A DNA stretch of 64,000 nucleotides from a virus. Where the stretch lies: IMG/VR virus record IMGVR_UViG_3300002056_000074; one strand, given 5' to 3'. The notes under the pieces are model-generated. The model saw only the letters and a list, made by a program, of their open reading frames with translations. It was not told the origin of the DNA and did no database searches. Shown here piece after piece: positions 50,047 through 60,674 of this stretch. The position numbers and the translations under genes are program-made. Numbering within the stretch: the stretch's first letter is position 1; every line of letters starts with the position of its first letter.

Positions 50047-52398
50047 TTAGAATGAAGCGTCTTGAGTCGTGATTCTGATTGGAATTGTGATAAATTCAAC
50101 AGCCTTAGTAGGCTTAACCATAATATCAATAATTAATTCAGAACGCTCCACTACAATCGCTGGATTGTTGGAAGAATCACACACGGTTAAGAAGTCAGTA
50201 ATGCCACGATTAGTCATAATATTAGATAAGAAATTATCAGCTAATGATTTAACATTATCACGGGTTCTCTGATCATTAGGCTCGAACAAGAATCCAACCA
50301 TAGTTAATCGCAATTGACGCCTAATATGCATTACCAATCGAACAACATTGATACGATTTAATGCAGTTGCCTCTGGTGATGAAGTCTTCTGACCCATAAG
50401 AGTAATTCCTCTACCGGGAGCAAATACGATTGGATTAATTCGTCCACTTGCATTGTCTTGATATAGCGCATCACGCTGTCCCTGATTTAGTGCAACTGGT
50501 GTGAATGAAGTCGCACCACCCAAAACTCCAGTTGCATAGCCAACATCAGTTACTCCAGTAACGAGACCACGAGTAGTTCCTGCTGGGGCAATCCAAAGAA
50601 AAGAGATGTCATCACTGAATGCAAATTGGCGAATGGCAACACCTGAAGGAGCTGCTAACACATTAACACCATCCAAATTACTTGTTAGACACCAAGGGTA
50701 GTAATAGGCAACATTTTGATTGTTTTGTCGCTCAGAAGAAATTGCCCAACCATTAGTTGGATTAGTGATTCCAGCAGGAGGTAGATTGGGCGGTGTATCA
50801 CCAATTACAAATACCTCATTCTCCTGAGCATCTGATAATGCGAGTAGTTCATCAACAATTTCGGGATAACCGGGTGCTGCTACAACATTAAATTGAAAAT
50901 TTTCAGCACGAACTCCCTCATTACTAACAATCTGTTCCTGTAATGCAGAAACAATACTTACTCGGCGGGCTGCATCATTTGCACCCAAAGATGTACGGAT
51001 TAGGAAGATTTGGGTAAATTTAAACGTAGACGCAGTATCTACAAATAATGCACCAGCATCTTCTGGGGTCCATGCAAAATCATCAATGATAGTTCCACTT
51101 GTAGCTGATGTTCCCAAATCAACATTTCCATCGAATCCCAAAAATTCCTCAGTTGATGCGGGCTGATCAAAACCATCAGGAAATACCGGAAGACCTTCAC
51201 CTACGGGGCGGGCAGTGAAGAAGTCATCACCCGAATTTCTAAAAGAGTACGTTCCTAGTTCATCATCAAAAATAAATTGGGTTGCATCACGCATCAAATC
51301 TTTAAGTTCTTGTGCGTTGACAGTCTCTTTAAGCTCCTGAAGATTAGTAGTAGCTACTGTGACATCAAATGCTGTGCCAACGCCTGTAGATGACGCCTGA
51401 GCTACAATTTGACCATCAGAAACAAAGGTTCCAGTAGTCAATAGGACAAATTCCGTTACAGCGCCTGTGCCATCTACTGCCAATACACGAACAGTAGCAG
51501 CGTTCATTAATGTAATAACCTCACCCTCTACGTATCCGGTTCCGGGAGTAAACGTGAAATCGCTAGTTGATTGAAGAAATGCCGGGACAACATTAGCAAT
51601 ACCCAAAGTTACTGAAGCTCCTATCCGTGCAGAAGTTACATCATTCGATCCACTATCAACAACAGATACTTGATTTAATGTAGTTCCAATAACTGGTGCA
51701 GTTGCAGCAGTGGTAACTTCAAATTCAGTTATATCACCATCAACAACGGTATTAACAGTAATTACCATACCAGCATCTAGTGTGATCACATCTCCCACTT
51801 CATAATCACCAGTCAAGAGTGTTGCATTCCCACCAACAAATGAACCATTGGGTGCGGTTCCATCAAATGCTACCTGTGTTTGGCCTGCGCCTGCAACTAC
51901 TCCAGAAAATTTATTAGTTAGAACGGAAAATCCGGGTTGAGTGAGACCTGCAGCAGAGTTGATACCGTTTAAGTAATTTTGAACAATATTTGGTACGATA
52001 AGTGCTCCATCTTCAGTTCGTTCGTCCCACAAATTTTGAATCGCATCAACACTATCATCCAAGTTGACATTCGCACGAACGACGAATGCACTACTACCAA
52101 TTCCTAAATATTGATTGAGTGCCAATAGTCCATATTCATTTCTAGCATCACCGTGATGCTGATTGCCCAATCCATCATTTAAGAATCGTGGTTCACCATA
52201 AAAATTAATAGAATCTCGCAATGATGTTATGTTGCGAATAACTGAATGCTCAAATGTATAATCTGCTGGTTGGCCATCATTTCTAAGTTTCTCATCTTTA
52301 GTAGCAATGAAAAAAAGTGGGACCAAAGATGCTGTACCTGCAGCAAATAATGAGTCATCAATAAGTTGTGTTTGTATTCCGGGCGATACTAAAGACAT
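50047..52398 (-). CDS. Tail sheath protein (gp18-like)
   Basis: MSLVSPG, NEYGL..YLG....VVRA, APGYPE, YYPW, APAG..RG, INPI, GQKT, RINVVRL, FEPND, KPTKAVEFI; start moved to ATG 52398 with GGAG SD. Confidence 0.95.
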   Translation of the reverse strand: MSLVSPGIQTQLIDDSLFAAGTASLVPLFFIATKDEKLRNDGQPADYTFEHSVIRNITSLRDSINFYGEPRFLNDGLGNQHHGDARNEYGLLALNQYLGIGSSAFVVRANVNLDDSVDAIQNLWDERTEDGALIVPNIVQNYLNGINSAAGLTQPGFSVLTNKFSGVVAGAGQTQVAFDGTAPNGSFVGGNATLLTGDYEVGDVITLDAGMVITVNTVVDGDITEFEVTTAATAPVIGTTLNQVSVVDSGSNDVTSARIGASVTLGIANVVPAFLQSTSDFTFTPGTGYVEGEVITLMNAATVRVLAVDGTGAVTEFVLLTTGTFVSDGQIVAQASSTGVGTAFDVTVATTNLQELKETVNAQELKDLMRDATQFIFDDELGTYSFRNSGDDFFTARPVGEGLPVFPDGFDQPASTEEFLGFDGNVDLGTSATSGTIIDDFAWTPEDAGALFVDTASTFKFTQIFLIRTSLGANDAARRVSIVSALQEQIVSNEGVRAENFQFNVVAAPGYPEIVDELLALSDAQENEVFVIGDTPPNLPPAGITNPTNGWAISSERQNNQNVAYYYPWCLTSNLDGVNVLAAPSGVAIRQFAFSDDISFLWIAPAGTTRGLVTGVTDVGYATGVLGGATSFTPVALNQGQRDALYQDNASGRINPIVFAPGRGITLMGQKTSSPEATALNRINVVRLVMHIRRQLRLTMVGFLFEPNDQRTRDNVKSLADNFLSNIMTNRGITDFLTVCDSSNNPAIVVERSELIIDIMVKPTKAVEFITIPIRITTQDASF

Positions 52399-52486
52399 GT
52401 TATTCTCCAAATAAATAATGTTATGAAACTATTTATCTACATGGATAAAATAAGTATCTTTTTAATAGCGGACAACCACAAAAAAG

Positions 52487-52852
52487 ATGTTAACACCAAT
52501 AACTAAGTTAAAATTAGAATTAAAATCTATAAAAGTAATTATCTCTGATGGAGCTAAAATCAATCCACGATTTAAATATATACTTTTCAAACATCCTGAA
52601 TATCTACAAAAAATAGTAGAAGCCACCTGTTTTCTGAAATATGATGCTCCAATAAAAACTCGAATACAATGTATTATTAAAAATATCGATTATCAACCAC
52701 TATGTAAATTATGTAATAGTCCATGTAAGATGATTACAAGTGGTAGCAAAAATAATAACCAATTTTCGAGTTATTGTAGTAGACGCTGTAGTGGGTTGGA
52801 TTTATTGCCTACTAATATTAAGAAATCTGTAGATCCAAATTTGACAACTTAG
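52487..52852 (+). CDS. Stand-alone Zn-binding domain of the type found in phage homing endonucleases, no nuclease domain
   Basis: PLCKLCN...FSSYCSRRCS; antisense to its neighbours. Confidence 0.55.
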   Translation: MLTPITKLKLELKSIKVIISDGAKINPRFKYILFKHPEYLQKIVEATCFLKYDAPIKTRIQCIIKNIDYQPLCKLCNSPCKMITSGSKNNNQFSSYCSRRCSGLDLLPTNIKKSVDPNLTT

Positions 52853-53579
52853 CAATAGTGTCATATTCAACACCTTGTTGATCCAATTCCGATATTCCAG
52901 CTATGGGATCTAAATTAGTGACTGCACCAACACGCAATCGGATCTCTGCGATATAATTATTTAATATTTGAGCTGGGGCTGAAATATATATTGGAGCCTT
53001 AAAATTTAAAGTGGTTTGAATGATTTTTCGATCAACGCCGGGTATATTATCATCACCAGAAATTCCAGTAAGCTCAATTTCTTTCATTCTCGTCCAATCA
53101 AATGGATCATCTGATGTTTGAATAGATAGTGTAGGATCGAATATCATTAAAATTTGTTCCATTATTTCCCAATGTTGTTCTTGACTTGAACTAAAGATGT
53201 TTAAATCAAAAAACATCCAATAGGGTACTGGCATTACCTGTTGAACGGATCTTATATCATCTGGGAAAGTACCTCCTGATGGCATATATGATGTACTACG
53301 CTCAGTTAATGTACCCTTTCTCAAATCCGGAGCGAGTTCTATTGCTTGAACATGTCCAGCAATCATTGGAAGTCTAATGACTTTATTTTGAGTGTTGTCA
53401 GCTTTAATTGCTGCAACCACCCGGCTTGAGCTTCCCGACTTCACCATTACATCAATGAACCGATTATCTAATTCATTAGTTTTTCCTGATGTTACCTTAA
53501 TACTAGTAAATATCGCCAAGAATTGAACCAACAATCGCTTAAATTGGGCATCGTAATAATATTCTAAATCCTTTTTCAT
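52818..53579 (-). CDS. Tail sheath stabiliser / tail terminator (gp15-like)
   Basis: YYYDAQFKR..QFLAIF, LPMI, MPVPY..FDLNIF, IMEQILMIFDP. Confidence 0.85.
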   Translation of the reverse strand: MKKDLEYYYDAQFKRLLVQFLAIFTSIKVTSGKTNELDNRFIDVMVKSGSSSRVVAAIKADNTQNKVIRLPMIAGHVQAIELAPDLRKGTLTERSTSYMPSGGTFPDDIRSVQQVMPVPYWMFFDLNIFSSSQEQHWEIMEQILMIFDPTLSIQTSDDPFDWTRMKEIELTGISGDDNIPGVDRKIIQTTLNFKAPIYISAPAQILNNYIAEIRLRVGAVTNLDPIAGISELDQQGVEYDTIAKLSNLDLQIS

Positions 53580-55201
53580 GATTTGGTTACTTTTCTTATG
53601 CTAGTATTAGGATTATTTAGATATTCTTGCAATACACGCTTTTTTGAATTGAAGGATGCTCTAGTGTCAGCCTCAATAAACATCCACAATTTTTTAGCAA
53701 AACTATAGCGATGTAGTCTAACAGGCAAGTCATCTGATACCGCCTCATAAGTTAATCTATGATAATCACCATCACTGGGGTTATTGGGGAATTCATCTCC
53801 CTCAGTATAAGGTTCATTGTTTGGTGGTAATCCATCAGAACGAAAATGGTTAAACGCTTCTCTACCTATTTTTTCTATATTATCAGCACCAACGTCCCTA
53901 GCTGCTGATAATTCATCATCCGTCCATTGTCTTATTCCAGATAAATCAACGCCTTTTTCGGGTACGTCAGTTTTTGCAGTCGCCTTAATTTCATCAACTA
54001 CATCACCATGATCTTGGTATACTGGATTTAAACCATCATCACCACCCAACAATCCAAGTGCATCAATTTCTCGTTCATTACTAAGATCACCAAACACATT
54101 TTGAGTCTCTCTAGACGCGAATGCTGGCTGCAATACAACTCTCTGAAGGGTTGGTTGCCATTGTGGTGTAAATCCCTCAGAAGCCCACATAGTATCAACG
54201 ACTTCCATATAACGCTCAATAGGTTCAAGTGTGGCTGAGTATTGAGTCAATGACGGGATTTGTATAATATCTCCAATAATCATTGGTCTACCAAGCGCTG
54301 CAACTACTGCTGAAAAACTGACAGCAATAAATAATGTCTCCGCCGTCATCTGCAAACCAAAACGAGTTAAATCCGTTTGTGTTTCTTGCGAATCATAATA
54401 AATCTTAATAGGTAATGTGCTACTATCATATTCACGATCCCTATTTTCAAGCAAAATCTTATCTTGAATATTTGACTCATCAGTAACTAGATAATTATCT
54501 ATTAATTGGAGTGCCTTAATTCCCCAACTATCTTTATCACCACCATTAAAATTAAGAGGCCGTAGACGCCAAAATGCAGAGGCTGCAGAATCCCTTAATG
54601 CATAGCAATGTAATTCATCATCATCTGGTAGTGTTATAATTTGAACACCCTTCCATACCTTCCCACATAAAGATCTTTCAAGTCTAGCCTTAGTTACCCG
54701 CTCATTTGAGTTTCCCGATTGCTTAACACCAATTGCCTGAATGCGTTTATAAATCCTTGCATCCTCAACTGAATATCTACGGCGTCCTCCCTCGTTTGTT
54801 TGAACGTATCCAAAATCATAACCAATATAAGCGGAGGCAAGAATTGCCTCTTCACCACGTTGGATTGATTTCCATATAGTTTCAAAAATGCTAAATGCGT
54901 TGGCAGCCGGAAAACTTCCTATATCACCATTGGAAATCGGTTTACCAAAGCCTGAAGCATCTACTAATTTCCCCTGCTCATGAACACCCAGCAATTTATA
55001 AACATTGGCATCAGCTGCTGCTATACCCAAACTTTCACTAATAAAGGAATCTATTAGATGAGCATCAGCTGTTTGTTTCGTCAACTGCCAAGGTCTACAA
55101 TTCGCACTCGAAAGTAAAGGGTTATCATTCGAATCACATCCGGGTACTAATGATCCATCATCTTCGTCTGAAAATTTAATGAATGTATCACAAGAAACCA
55201 T
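53576..55201 (-). CDS. Neck protein gp14-like with inserted domain
   Basis: LLENRDREYD, DLTRFGL, LGR..IGDII..P in the gp13-gp14-gp15 position; internal discoidin-like segment. Confidence 0.7.
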   Translation of the reverse strand: MVSCDTFIKFSDEDDGSLVPGCDSNDNPLLSSANCRPWQLTKQTADAHLIDSFISESLGIAAADANVYKLLGVHEQGKLVDASGFGKPISNGDIGSFPAANAFSIFETIWKSIQRGEEAILASAYIGYDFGYVQTNEGGRRRYSVEDARIYKRIQAIGVKQSGNSNERVTKARLERSLCGKVWKGVQIITLPDDDELHCYALRDSAASAFWRLRPLNFNGGDKDSWGIKALQLIDNYLVTDESNIQDKILLENRDREYDSSTLPIKIYYDSQETQTDLTRFGLQMTAETLFIAVSFSAVVAALGRPMIIGDIIQIPSLTQYSATLEPIERYMEVVDTMWASEGFTPQWQPTLQRVVLQPAFASRETQNVFGDLSNEREIDALGLLGGDDGLNPVYQDHGDVVDEIKATAKTDVPEKGVDLSGIRQWTDDELSAARDVGADNIEKIGREAFNHFRSDGLPPNNEPYTEGDEFPNNPSDGDYHRLTYEAVSDDLPVRLHRYSFAKKLWMFIEADTRASFNSKKRVLQEYLNNPNTSIRKVTKS

Positions 55202-55431
55202 TATTTTCGTACCTTCTTTAGTTTTCGTTGTGCTATTGCTCTTCGACCATAAATGTTTCCAGTATCAGAGGCTTTCATTAATGCATCACTAATTTCTACC
55301 TTATTGGACACACTACCATAGTCAAACTTTTCTCTGGTGTATATGGGCAGGATCAATTCTTTATGCTTCTTACCGAAGTTTTTTGTAAAATCAATTGCTC
55401 TTTTTTCAGTAATTATTTCATTGAGAGTCAT
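55201..55431 (-). CDS. Small basic hypothetical protein (MTLNEIITE N-terminus)
   Basis: 76 aa, 1-nt overlap with the gp14-like start. Confidence 0.6.
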   Translation of the reverse strand: MTLNEIITEKRAIDFTKNFGKKHKELILPIYTREKFDYGSVSNKVEISDALMKASDTGNIYGRRAIAQRKLKKVRK

Positions 55432-55456
55432 TAATAATCAACATAATATAAGTATA

Positions 55457-57097
55457 TTATGTATTTATAATCACATACCGCTTTTTTCCACAATCCCATA
55501 TTCTATAAATTTTATTTCGAAAACAATTTTCATATTCACTTTCTTCGGGATTAAAATCATCACTTAATAATTTTTCTAATTGCTTTCTCCTGAAGTTAAA
55601 TTTATGCACTCTTCGCTTTCCTTGGATATATGAATAATCAGGATTGGAAGTATTATCCAGAGTCCATCCAGTTTTTTCATACAAATTACCATTGCTCCAT
55701 CTAAGATCAGCAAAAGAAATAATTTTTTCCCATTTATTATGTTTCCTGAAATAACTGAGTAATTTGGAAAATCCACCAACAACTCTAGCAGATGATGCAT
55801 ACCTACTAAGTGTATATTCAAATTCAGAATTTTTAACAAAAGTCATTACGGCAATCATATTACCTTGTGTGTCGCTAAGTGCATATTCAATCGAGGTTTT
55901 ACTATCGCCCTGTATATGATTGTTATCCAAAAACAATCTCTTACTTTTCTTATTAGGAATATATACTGTGGTGTTTCTGGCAAATATTGTATTTCGATTA
56001 TCACAACCAAGAAGTGATTTTAATTTATTCTTAACTTGATTTGTCTTAAATTCCCACTCATCTTCAAAAATAGTGATCAATTGGATACCTTGCTCCATAC
56101 AAGCATCATATTTTTCACGATGTTTATTTTTATTCATATCAAATTCTTCTGAGTGCCATTTCAATCCACAAAATTCAATCGCAATATTTTTGCTAGGAAT
56201 TAGTATATCCAATTCTTTTCCATTTAAAACAACTCTATTTGATTGCTCTGCATCATCAACAAATTTAGATACGAATTCAAATACTTCAATTTCAGGCTTG
56301 GATGGTCCTACACCGGCACATTTTTTACAGCCATTATGTTTACCAACGATTGCCCACTCTGCCTTTTGTGTAAATCTTCCATGAATAGAACACTCGATTT
56401 CTATAAATTCATCCATATTGACATATTCAGTAGAAATTAGAGTATTGTTTTGTGAAATATCTTTAATAGCCTTTTCAATCACATCTAAATCTAGTTTCCC
56501 AGTAGGTGAACATTTGGGGCATGATCCGCAATCACTATTCAAATGATTTACCATATTAGTTTCAAATTCACCATGTCCATCTTTTTTGCAAATCAATTTG
56601 ACTCTTTGGGACTTATTTTTATAGTCTTTTATCAGTGAATAATCAAATTGATCACCATGTCTTTTCTTTGACTCTAAAATAACATCATCCATTGTATAAT
56701 TATATTTTCCCGAACATTTAGAACATCCAGAGTTCATAAAAATGTGGCTTTTTGCTAGAACTTTATGTTCTCCATGAACTGGGCACAAAATAGTAATCAT
56801 TGATTTAGTAGATTTATATTCTGCGTGAATATACGGATATTCATATTGTCCATGAACAACGTTTGCCTTGGATAGAAAATCATCCACGGACATTTTCTTA
56901 GCGCCATTGCCATTGCATTTTGGGCACCCTTGGCCACACTTATGTGCATTTGGTGTTTGGAAGAATTCGCCATGAATGCTACATATTATTTTTCCAAGCA
57001 CTTTACTATTAACATATTTAAATTCTGATAGATCATATCGCCCATTATGGGCCTCTACCATTTCTTTGATATGTTCTTCTTTAGTCTTTCTAGCCAT
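55457..57097 (-). CDS. Hef-like endonuclease #5: 4 Zn modules + PD-(D/E)xK + Mom-like GNAT domain
   Basis: ELDILIP..IAIEFCGLKWHS; TIFEDEW; NHIQG; FADLRWSNG; RIWDCG. Confidence 0.8.
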   Translation of the reverse strand: MARKTKEEHIKEMVEAHNGRYDLSEFKYVNSKVLGKIICSIHGEFFQTPNAHKCGQGCPKCNGNGAKKMSVDDFLSKANVVHGQYEYPYIHAEYKSTKSMITILCPVHGEHKVLAKSHIFMNSGCSKCSGKYNYTMDDVILESKKRHGDQFDYSLIKDYKNKSQRVKLICKKDGHGEFETNMVNHLNSDCGSCPKCSPTGKLDLDVIEKAIKDISQNNTLISTEYVNMDEFIEIECSIHGRFTQKAEWAIVGKHNGCKKCAGVGPSKPEIEVFEFVSKFVDDAEQSNRVVLNGKELDILIPSKNIAIEFCGLKWHSEEFDMNKNKHREKYDACMEQGIQLITIFEDEWEFKTNQVKNKLKSLLGCDNRNTIFARNTTVYIPNKKSKRLFLDNNHIQGDSKTSIEYALSDTQGNMIAVMTFVKNSEFEYTLSRYASSARVVGGFSKLLSYFRKHNKWEKIISFADLRWSNGNLYEKTGWTLDNTSNPDYSYIQGKRRVHKFNFRRKQLEKLLSDDFNPEESEYENCFRNKIYRIWDCGKKRYVIINT

Positions 57098-57171
57098 TTT
57101 AGTATTAATTTTTTAATATAATAAAAATATTATATACTATATAAATTACTAAAACCGTGAAGTGGTTAAAA

Positions 57172-60100
57172 TTACCCAATCACAAAATCATGAGCACCAT
57201 ACATTTCTGGTCTAGATGCAGTGAAGTTATCTAATTGAGAATAACACTCAGCGAAGTCAGTAGCAGCCTGAGATGCCAATTCTGCAGCATTGAGTGAAAC
57301 TCCTCCCCCACTTCCCGGAAGACTTGCGAATTTTCCTCTAATTTCTGATAATGTCATTCTAGCGCCACCCAATGCAAATCGCTCAATCCATGATTTAACT
57401 AATCGATCCTTTAACAAATCTTGTTCAGTTCGTTCGCAATATGCGTCCAACAAAATTCTTTCATGACGATGGAAATTCTGATGGAAATATATAGTTCGAT
57501 CATTTTCAATAAAATGATAATTGATACGTGTTGCAAACATCAATTCCAATTGCTCAATATATTGTTGTGATAGATGCAATGTAGTCATATCAAATCCACC
57601 AGCAGTAGATGTTCCATATAATTGCTGTGCAAATAATTGATCAAATATTGAGTTGCTACTAAAGCCACCCGAGAATGCTCCTGAGCGGCGGTGTGCACCC
57701 ATAATTCCAACTATTGTATTGAATCCTGCCTTCTTATTAGTCAATTGATATTGTTGAACGCCTGCCCTCACATCCATAGTAAAAAAGCGGCGATCATAGG
57801 CAATATCACTTCTTTTCCGCAATGATTCAAAGGCACCTTGAATAGCAGTATCAAGTTGCTCATCAGTAAGCTCAACCTCTACAACTGGCCAACCTAATTG
57901 AACTCGTATAGAGTGTGCTAATTCTCGGCGCTCATCTGGTGTTCCATCAGTTCCAACACCCAATTGATCATATGATGGTACTGATTCAAGACCATCAGTT
58001 CCTGCAATAGTTGCTTGAACTTGGGCACCTTCCAAGGCATTGAATAGAAAATTTTCTTCAGTTACATTAGAATTTATATATCGTGGCACCCGAAACGGAT
58101 TATCTGTATAAACCTGCTTAAATCCTGCAACGTGGGCATGTAATGGGGAGCCAACTCTAGTTACTGCAGTGCCGTCATATACAGATGGATTATAATCTTG
58201 ACCGGGTACAAGCATTAATAAACTGATGCATGTTCCAGTTTCTCTTGTTTGGAATAGTAAATTGCCACGTTCATCCATATTTGCTTGAACTTTCGGTGTA
58301 GCAGGTACATATTTCTTACCGTCCCACTCATTCAATTGATCATTAACTAAGTCAAACCATAGTGTTCCAACATTATTAACAATAGGTGCAGTGGTATATG
58401 GCTGACTCAACCAGTTAATTCCACTACGCACCATCAATTCATTGGTTGATTCATTGAACCATAATTTTCCAGTAGGCGGTTGACTTGGATCATCTACACT
58501 AAATGTAGGTTCAGACGGTAAATCATTCCATTTTGGTAATTGAATCAATCCAGATTCTGGATTATACCATGCAGGGGCAGCATCTCCATCCGCTATGATG
58601 GTAGGATCACTTGGAAAATCAATATAGTTTTCCGCCTCTTCATAAAAACTTCCATTCCATGTTTTATAAACACTAGGTGTTGTTGAGGTATCCAACCATG
58701 TAGAAACGTTATCAATATCAGAGGCTCTTAATGGATCTTGTGAATCCTGTGTTAACTTAACGACCTCTACCCAACTATTGCGTATAGAACTTCTTTCAAA
58801 TAATCTATCTGATACATCATCCCACCATAACTCACATGAAGTAACTAGAGTAGGATCTTCATTCCATTCAATAACATCGATTTCAATAAATTCATCACCG
58901 TTATATTTGTAAAAAGTATCTTCGGATTCTTTATACCATATTAAATTTGGATAAATGATGGGAGTAACTTCGCCTATGACAAATCCAGTGATTGGTGGTA
59001 AGAGATTCCAATTACCAATAGTTGTGTTTGCGTTTTCATAAACTACTCGCTCACGCATCATCCTATCATCTGGATTAAACCAATAAGTATCAGTGCCTAG
59101 TGCATCTGGCGCAACCTTCCATGTTAATGCTGATGTAGGCTCCCATACAGAATCACTGACGTTATATTTGAATAATTCAGATGTGTCCTCTTTGAACCAA
59201 TATTCACCACAAATTCCCTGTGTAGGTAATGATGGATCATTATCCTGAATAAATGATTGCACATCACACCATGCATTCCCACTCCAACTATAACTTTTTA
59301 ATCCATCAAACCATAGCTCATCACAAGATGGATTAGATGGGTCAGATGTATGAATAATAGTATTAATCTCATCAAAATTTGTTCCATTCCAAATTTTTAA
59401 AATGGGAACACCACCTGATAGATCAACCCAATAAGGTTTGTTTGTTACATCAGTTGGGTCTGTATCTGAAAGGATGACATCATCAACACCCGAATAATTA
59501 GTACCATCATAAACTTGCAGAACCTTATTATTTGGATTCCAATAATATGATCCACTATTGGGTGGTTCACTACTACGTGGTGGATTATCTACTAATGCCA
59601 ACTGTTCATTGATAGCACCAATCATATCTTCATAGGTTTGGCCATCCTCACCATCAATTGAGACTGATACTCTATTACCTTCAAATGAATCATTTGGAAA
59701 ATTTGTATTGAGATCAAAATCAAAAGAATATTCTTTTCCGATTTCAAGGCCAGTTCCATCAGTTGGGGCTGCACCATCACCATCATTTAATACCACTGCA
59801 GCAATACTGGGGGTGTTTGGTTGAGCATCATCTCCGTAGGAATCGGAGTATGTCCTAACGCCATCAGAATGATATTGTAATGAACAATCTACTGCATATA
59901 CTGCTAGGTAATGTGGTCCTTCCCCAATATCATTGATGATGACTGATGTGGTTAATTCCTCGCCTCTAGCTTTTTCATTGGGTTCATAAAAAGCACCAAC
60001 TACTAATGCACCACCAATGCGATCACCGACATGCAAACTTGGATTGGCCGTGGGGTCTGCTTCATATTGAACACCATCTTCTGGTATATTATCTGGTCCC

Positions 60101-60303
60101 ACAGGACTAGTGTGTAGTAATACAACCACACCACAATATGCACTATTGATCGAAGATGCATTGTTGCAACCTGCCAATGGTGTTGGGATGTTCCACTCTA
60201 TGGTTCCTTGGTTTTGTGTGGGTACTGTTGGCATCCAAACTGGAGAGATTTTTTGTCCCTCTATTTTAATTGCACCAGAAACATCAGCGATTCCATCAAA
60301 CAT
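57172..60303 (-). CDS. Neck protein gp13-like with a ~780-aa N-terminal extension
   Basis: C-terminal IRVQLGWPVVEVELTDEQL...RGKFASLPG.GGGVSLNA..FVIG (gp13); N-terminal P...G.xWFN/D....LxxWxG repeats. Confidence 0.85.
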   Translation of the reverse strand: MFDGIADVSGAIKIEGQKISPVWMPTVPTQNQGTIEWNIPTPLAGCNNASSINSAYCGVVVLLHTSPVGPDNIPEDGVQYEADPTANPSLHVGDRIGGALVVGAFYEPNEKARGEELTTSVIINDIGEGPHYLAVYAVDCSLQYHSDGVRTYSDSYGDDAQPNTPSIAAVVLNDGDGAAPTDGTGLEIGKEYSFDFDLNTNFPNDSFEGNRVSVSIDGEDGQTYEDMIGAINEQLALVDNPPRSSEPPNSGSYYWNPNNKVLQVYDGTNYSGVDDVILSDTDPTDVTNKPYWVDLSGGVPILKIWNGTNFDEINTIIHTSDPSNPSCDELWFDGLKSYSWSGNAWCDVQSFIQDNDPSLPTQGICGEYWFKEDTSELFKYNVSDSVWEPTSALTWKVAPDALGTDTYWFNPDDRMMRERVVYENANTTIGNWNLLPPITGFVIGEVTPIIYPNLIWYKESEDTFYKYNGDEFIEIDVIEWNEDPTLVTSCELWWDDVSDRLFERSSIRNSWVEVVKLTQDSQDPLRASDIDNVSTWLDTSTTPSVYKTWNGSFYEEAENYIDFPSDPTIIADGDAAPAWYNPESGLIQLPKWNDLPSEPTFSVDDPSQPPTGKLWFNESTNELMVRSGINWLSQPYTTAPIVNNVGTLWFDLVNDQLNEWDGKKYVPATPKVQANMDERGNLLFQTRETGTCISLLMLVPGQDYNPSVYDGTAVTRVGSPLHAHVAGFKQVYTDNPFRVPRYINSNVTEENFLFNALEGAQVQATIAGTDGLESVPSYDQLGVGTDGTPDERRELAHSIRVQLGWPVVEVELTDEQLDTAIQGAFESLRKRSDIAYDRRFFTMDVRAGVQQYQLTNKKAGFNTIVGIMGAHRRSGAFSGGFSSNSIFDQLFAQQLYGTSTAGGFDMTTLHLSQQYIEQLELMFATRINYHFIENDRTIYFHQNFHRHERILLDAYCERTEQDLLKDRLVKSWIERFALGGARMTLSEIRGKFASLPGSGGGVSLNAAELASQAATDFAECYSQLDNFTASRPEMYGAHDFVIG

Positions 60304-60341
60304 GAAAATTACCTTTTAATCATTATTAATGGTATTTAGGT

Positions 60342-60674
60342 TTAATTACTTGATTTATTATCAGTATTGTTGACCAACCATTTTAATAATTTTTTATTAT
60401 TCCACGAAGGAACTTCATTGATATCATCACCATCAATATCCTCAAATGTTATTTCAATGGCTCTTGGCTCACGATGTTCTTCACATAACCACTTAATAAA
60501 TAATTTATTTCTCGGTTTCAGATTTATTTGATGTTTAGAATCATCATATCCAACTGGGATCTTGCAATATTTTTTAACTTCATATTCCAATACAGTCTTT
60601 GGGATATCTTGTGCAGCGGCGCGCAAACAATCCTTAGATGTTAAATATTCTTTCAATGATAATTTTTTGGACAT
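60342..60674 (-). CDS. Hypothetical protein
   Basis: 110 aa; TAAATA at 60706-60711. Confidence 0.7.
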   Translation of the reverse strand: MSKKLSLKEYLTSKDCLRAAAQDIPKTVLEYEVKKYCKIPVGYDDSKHQINLKPRNKLFIKWLCEEHREPRAIEITFEDIDGDDINEVPSWNNKKLLKWLVNNTDNKSSN

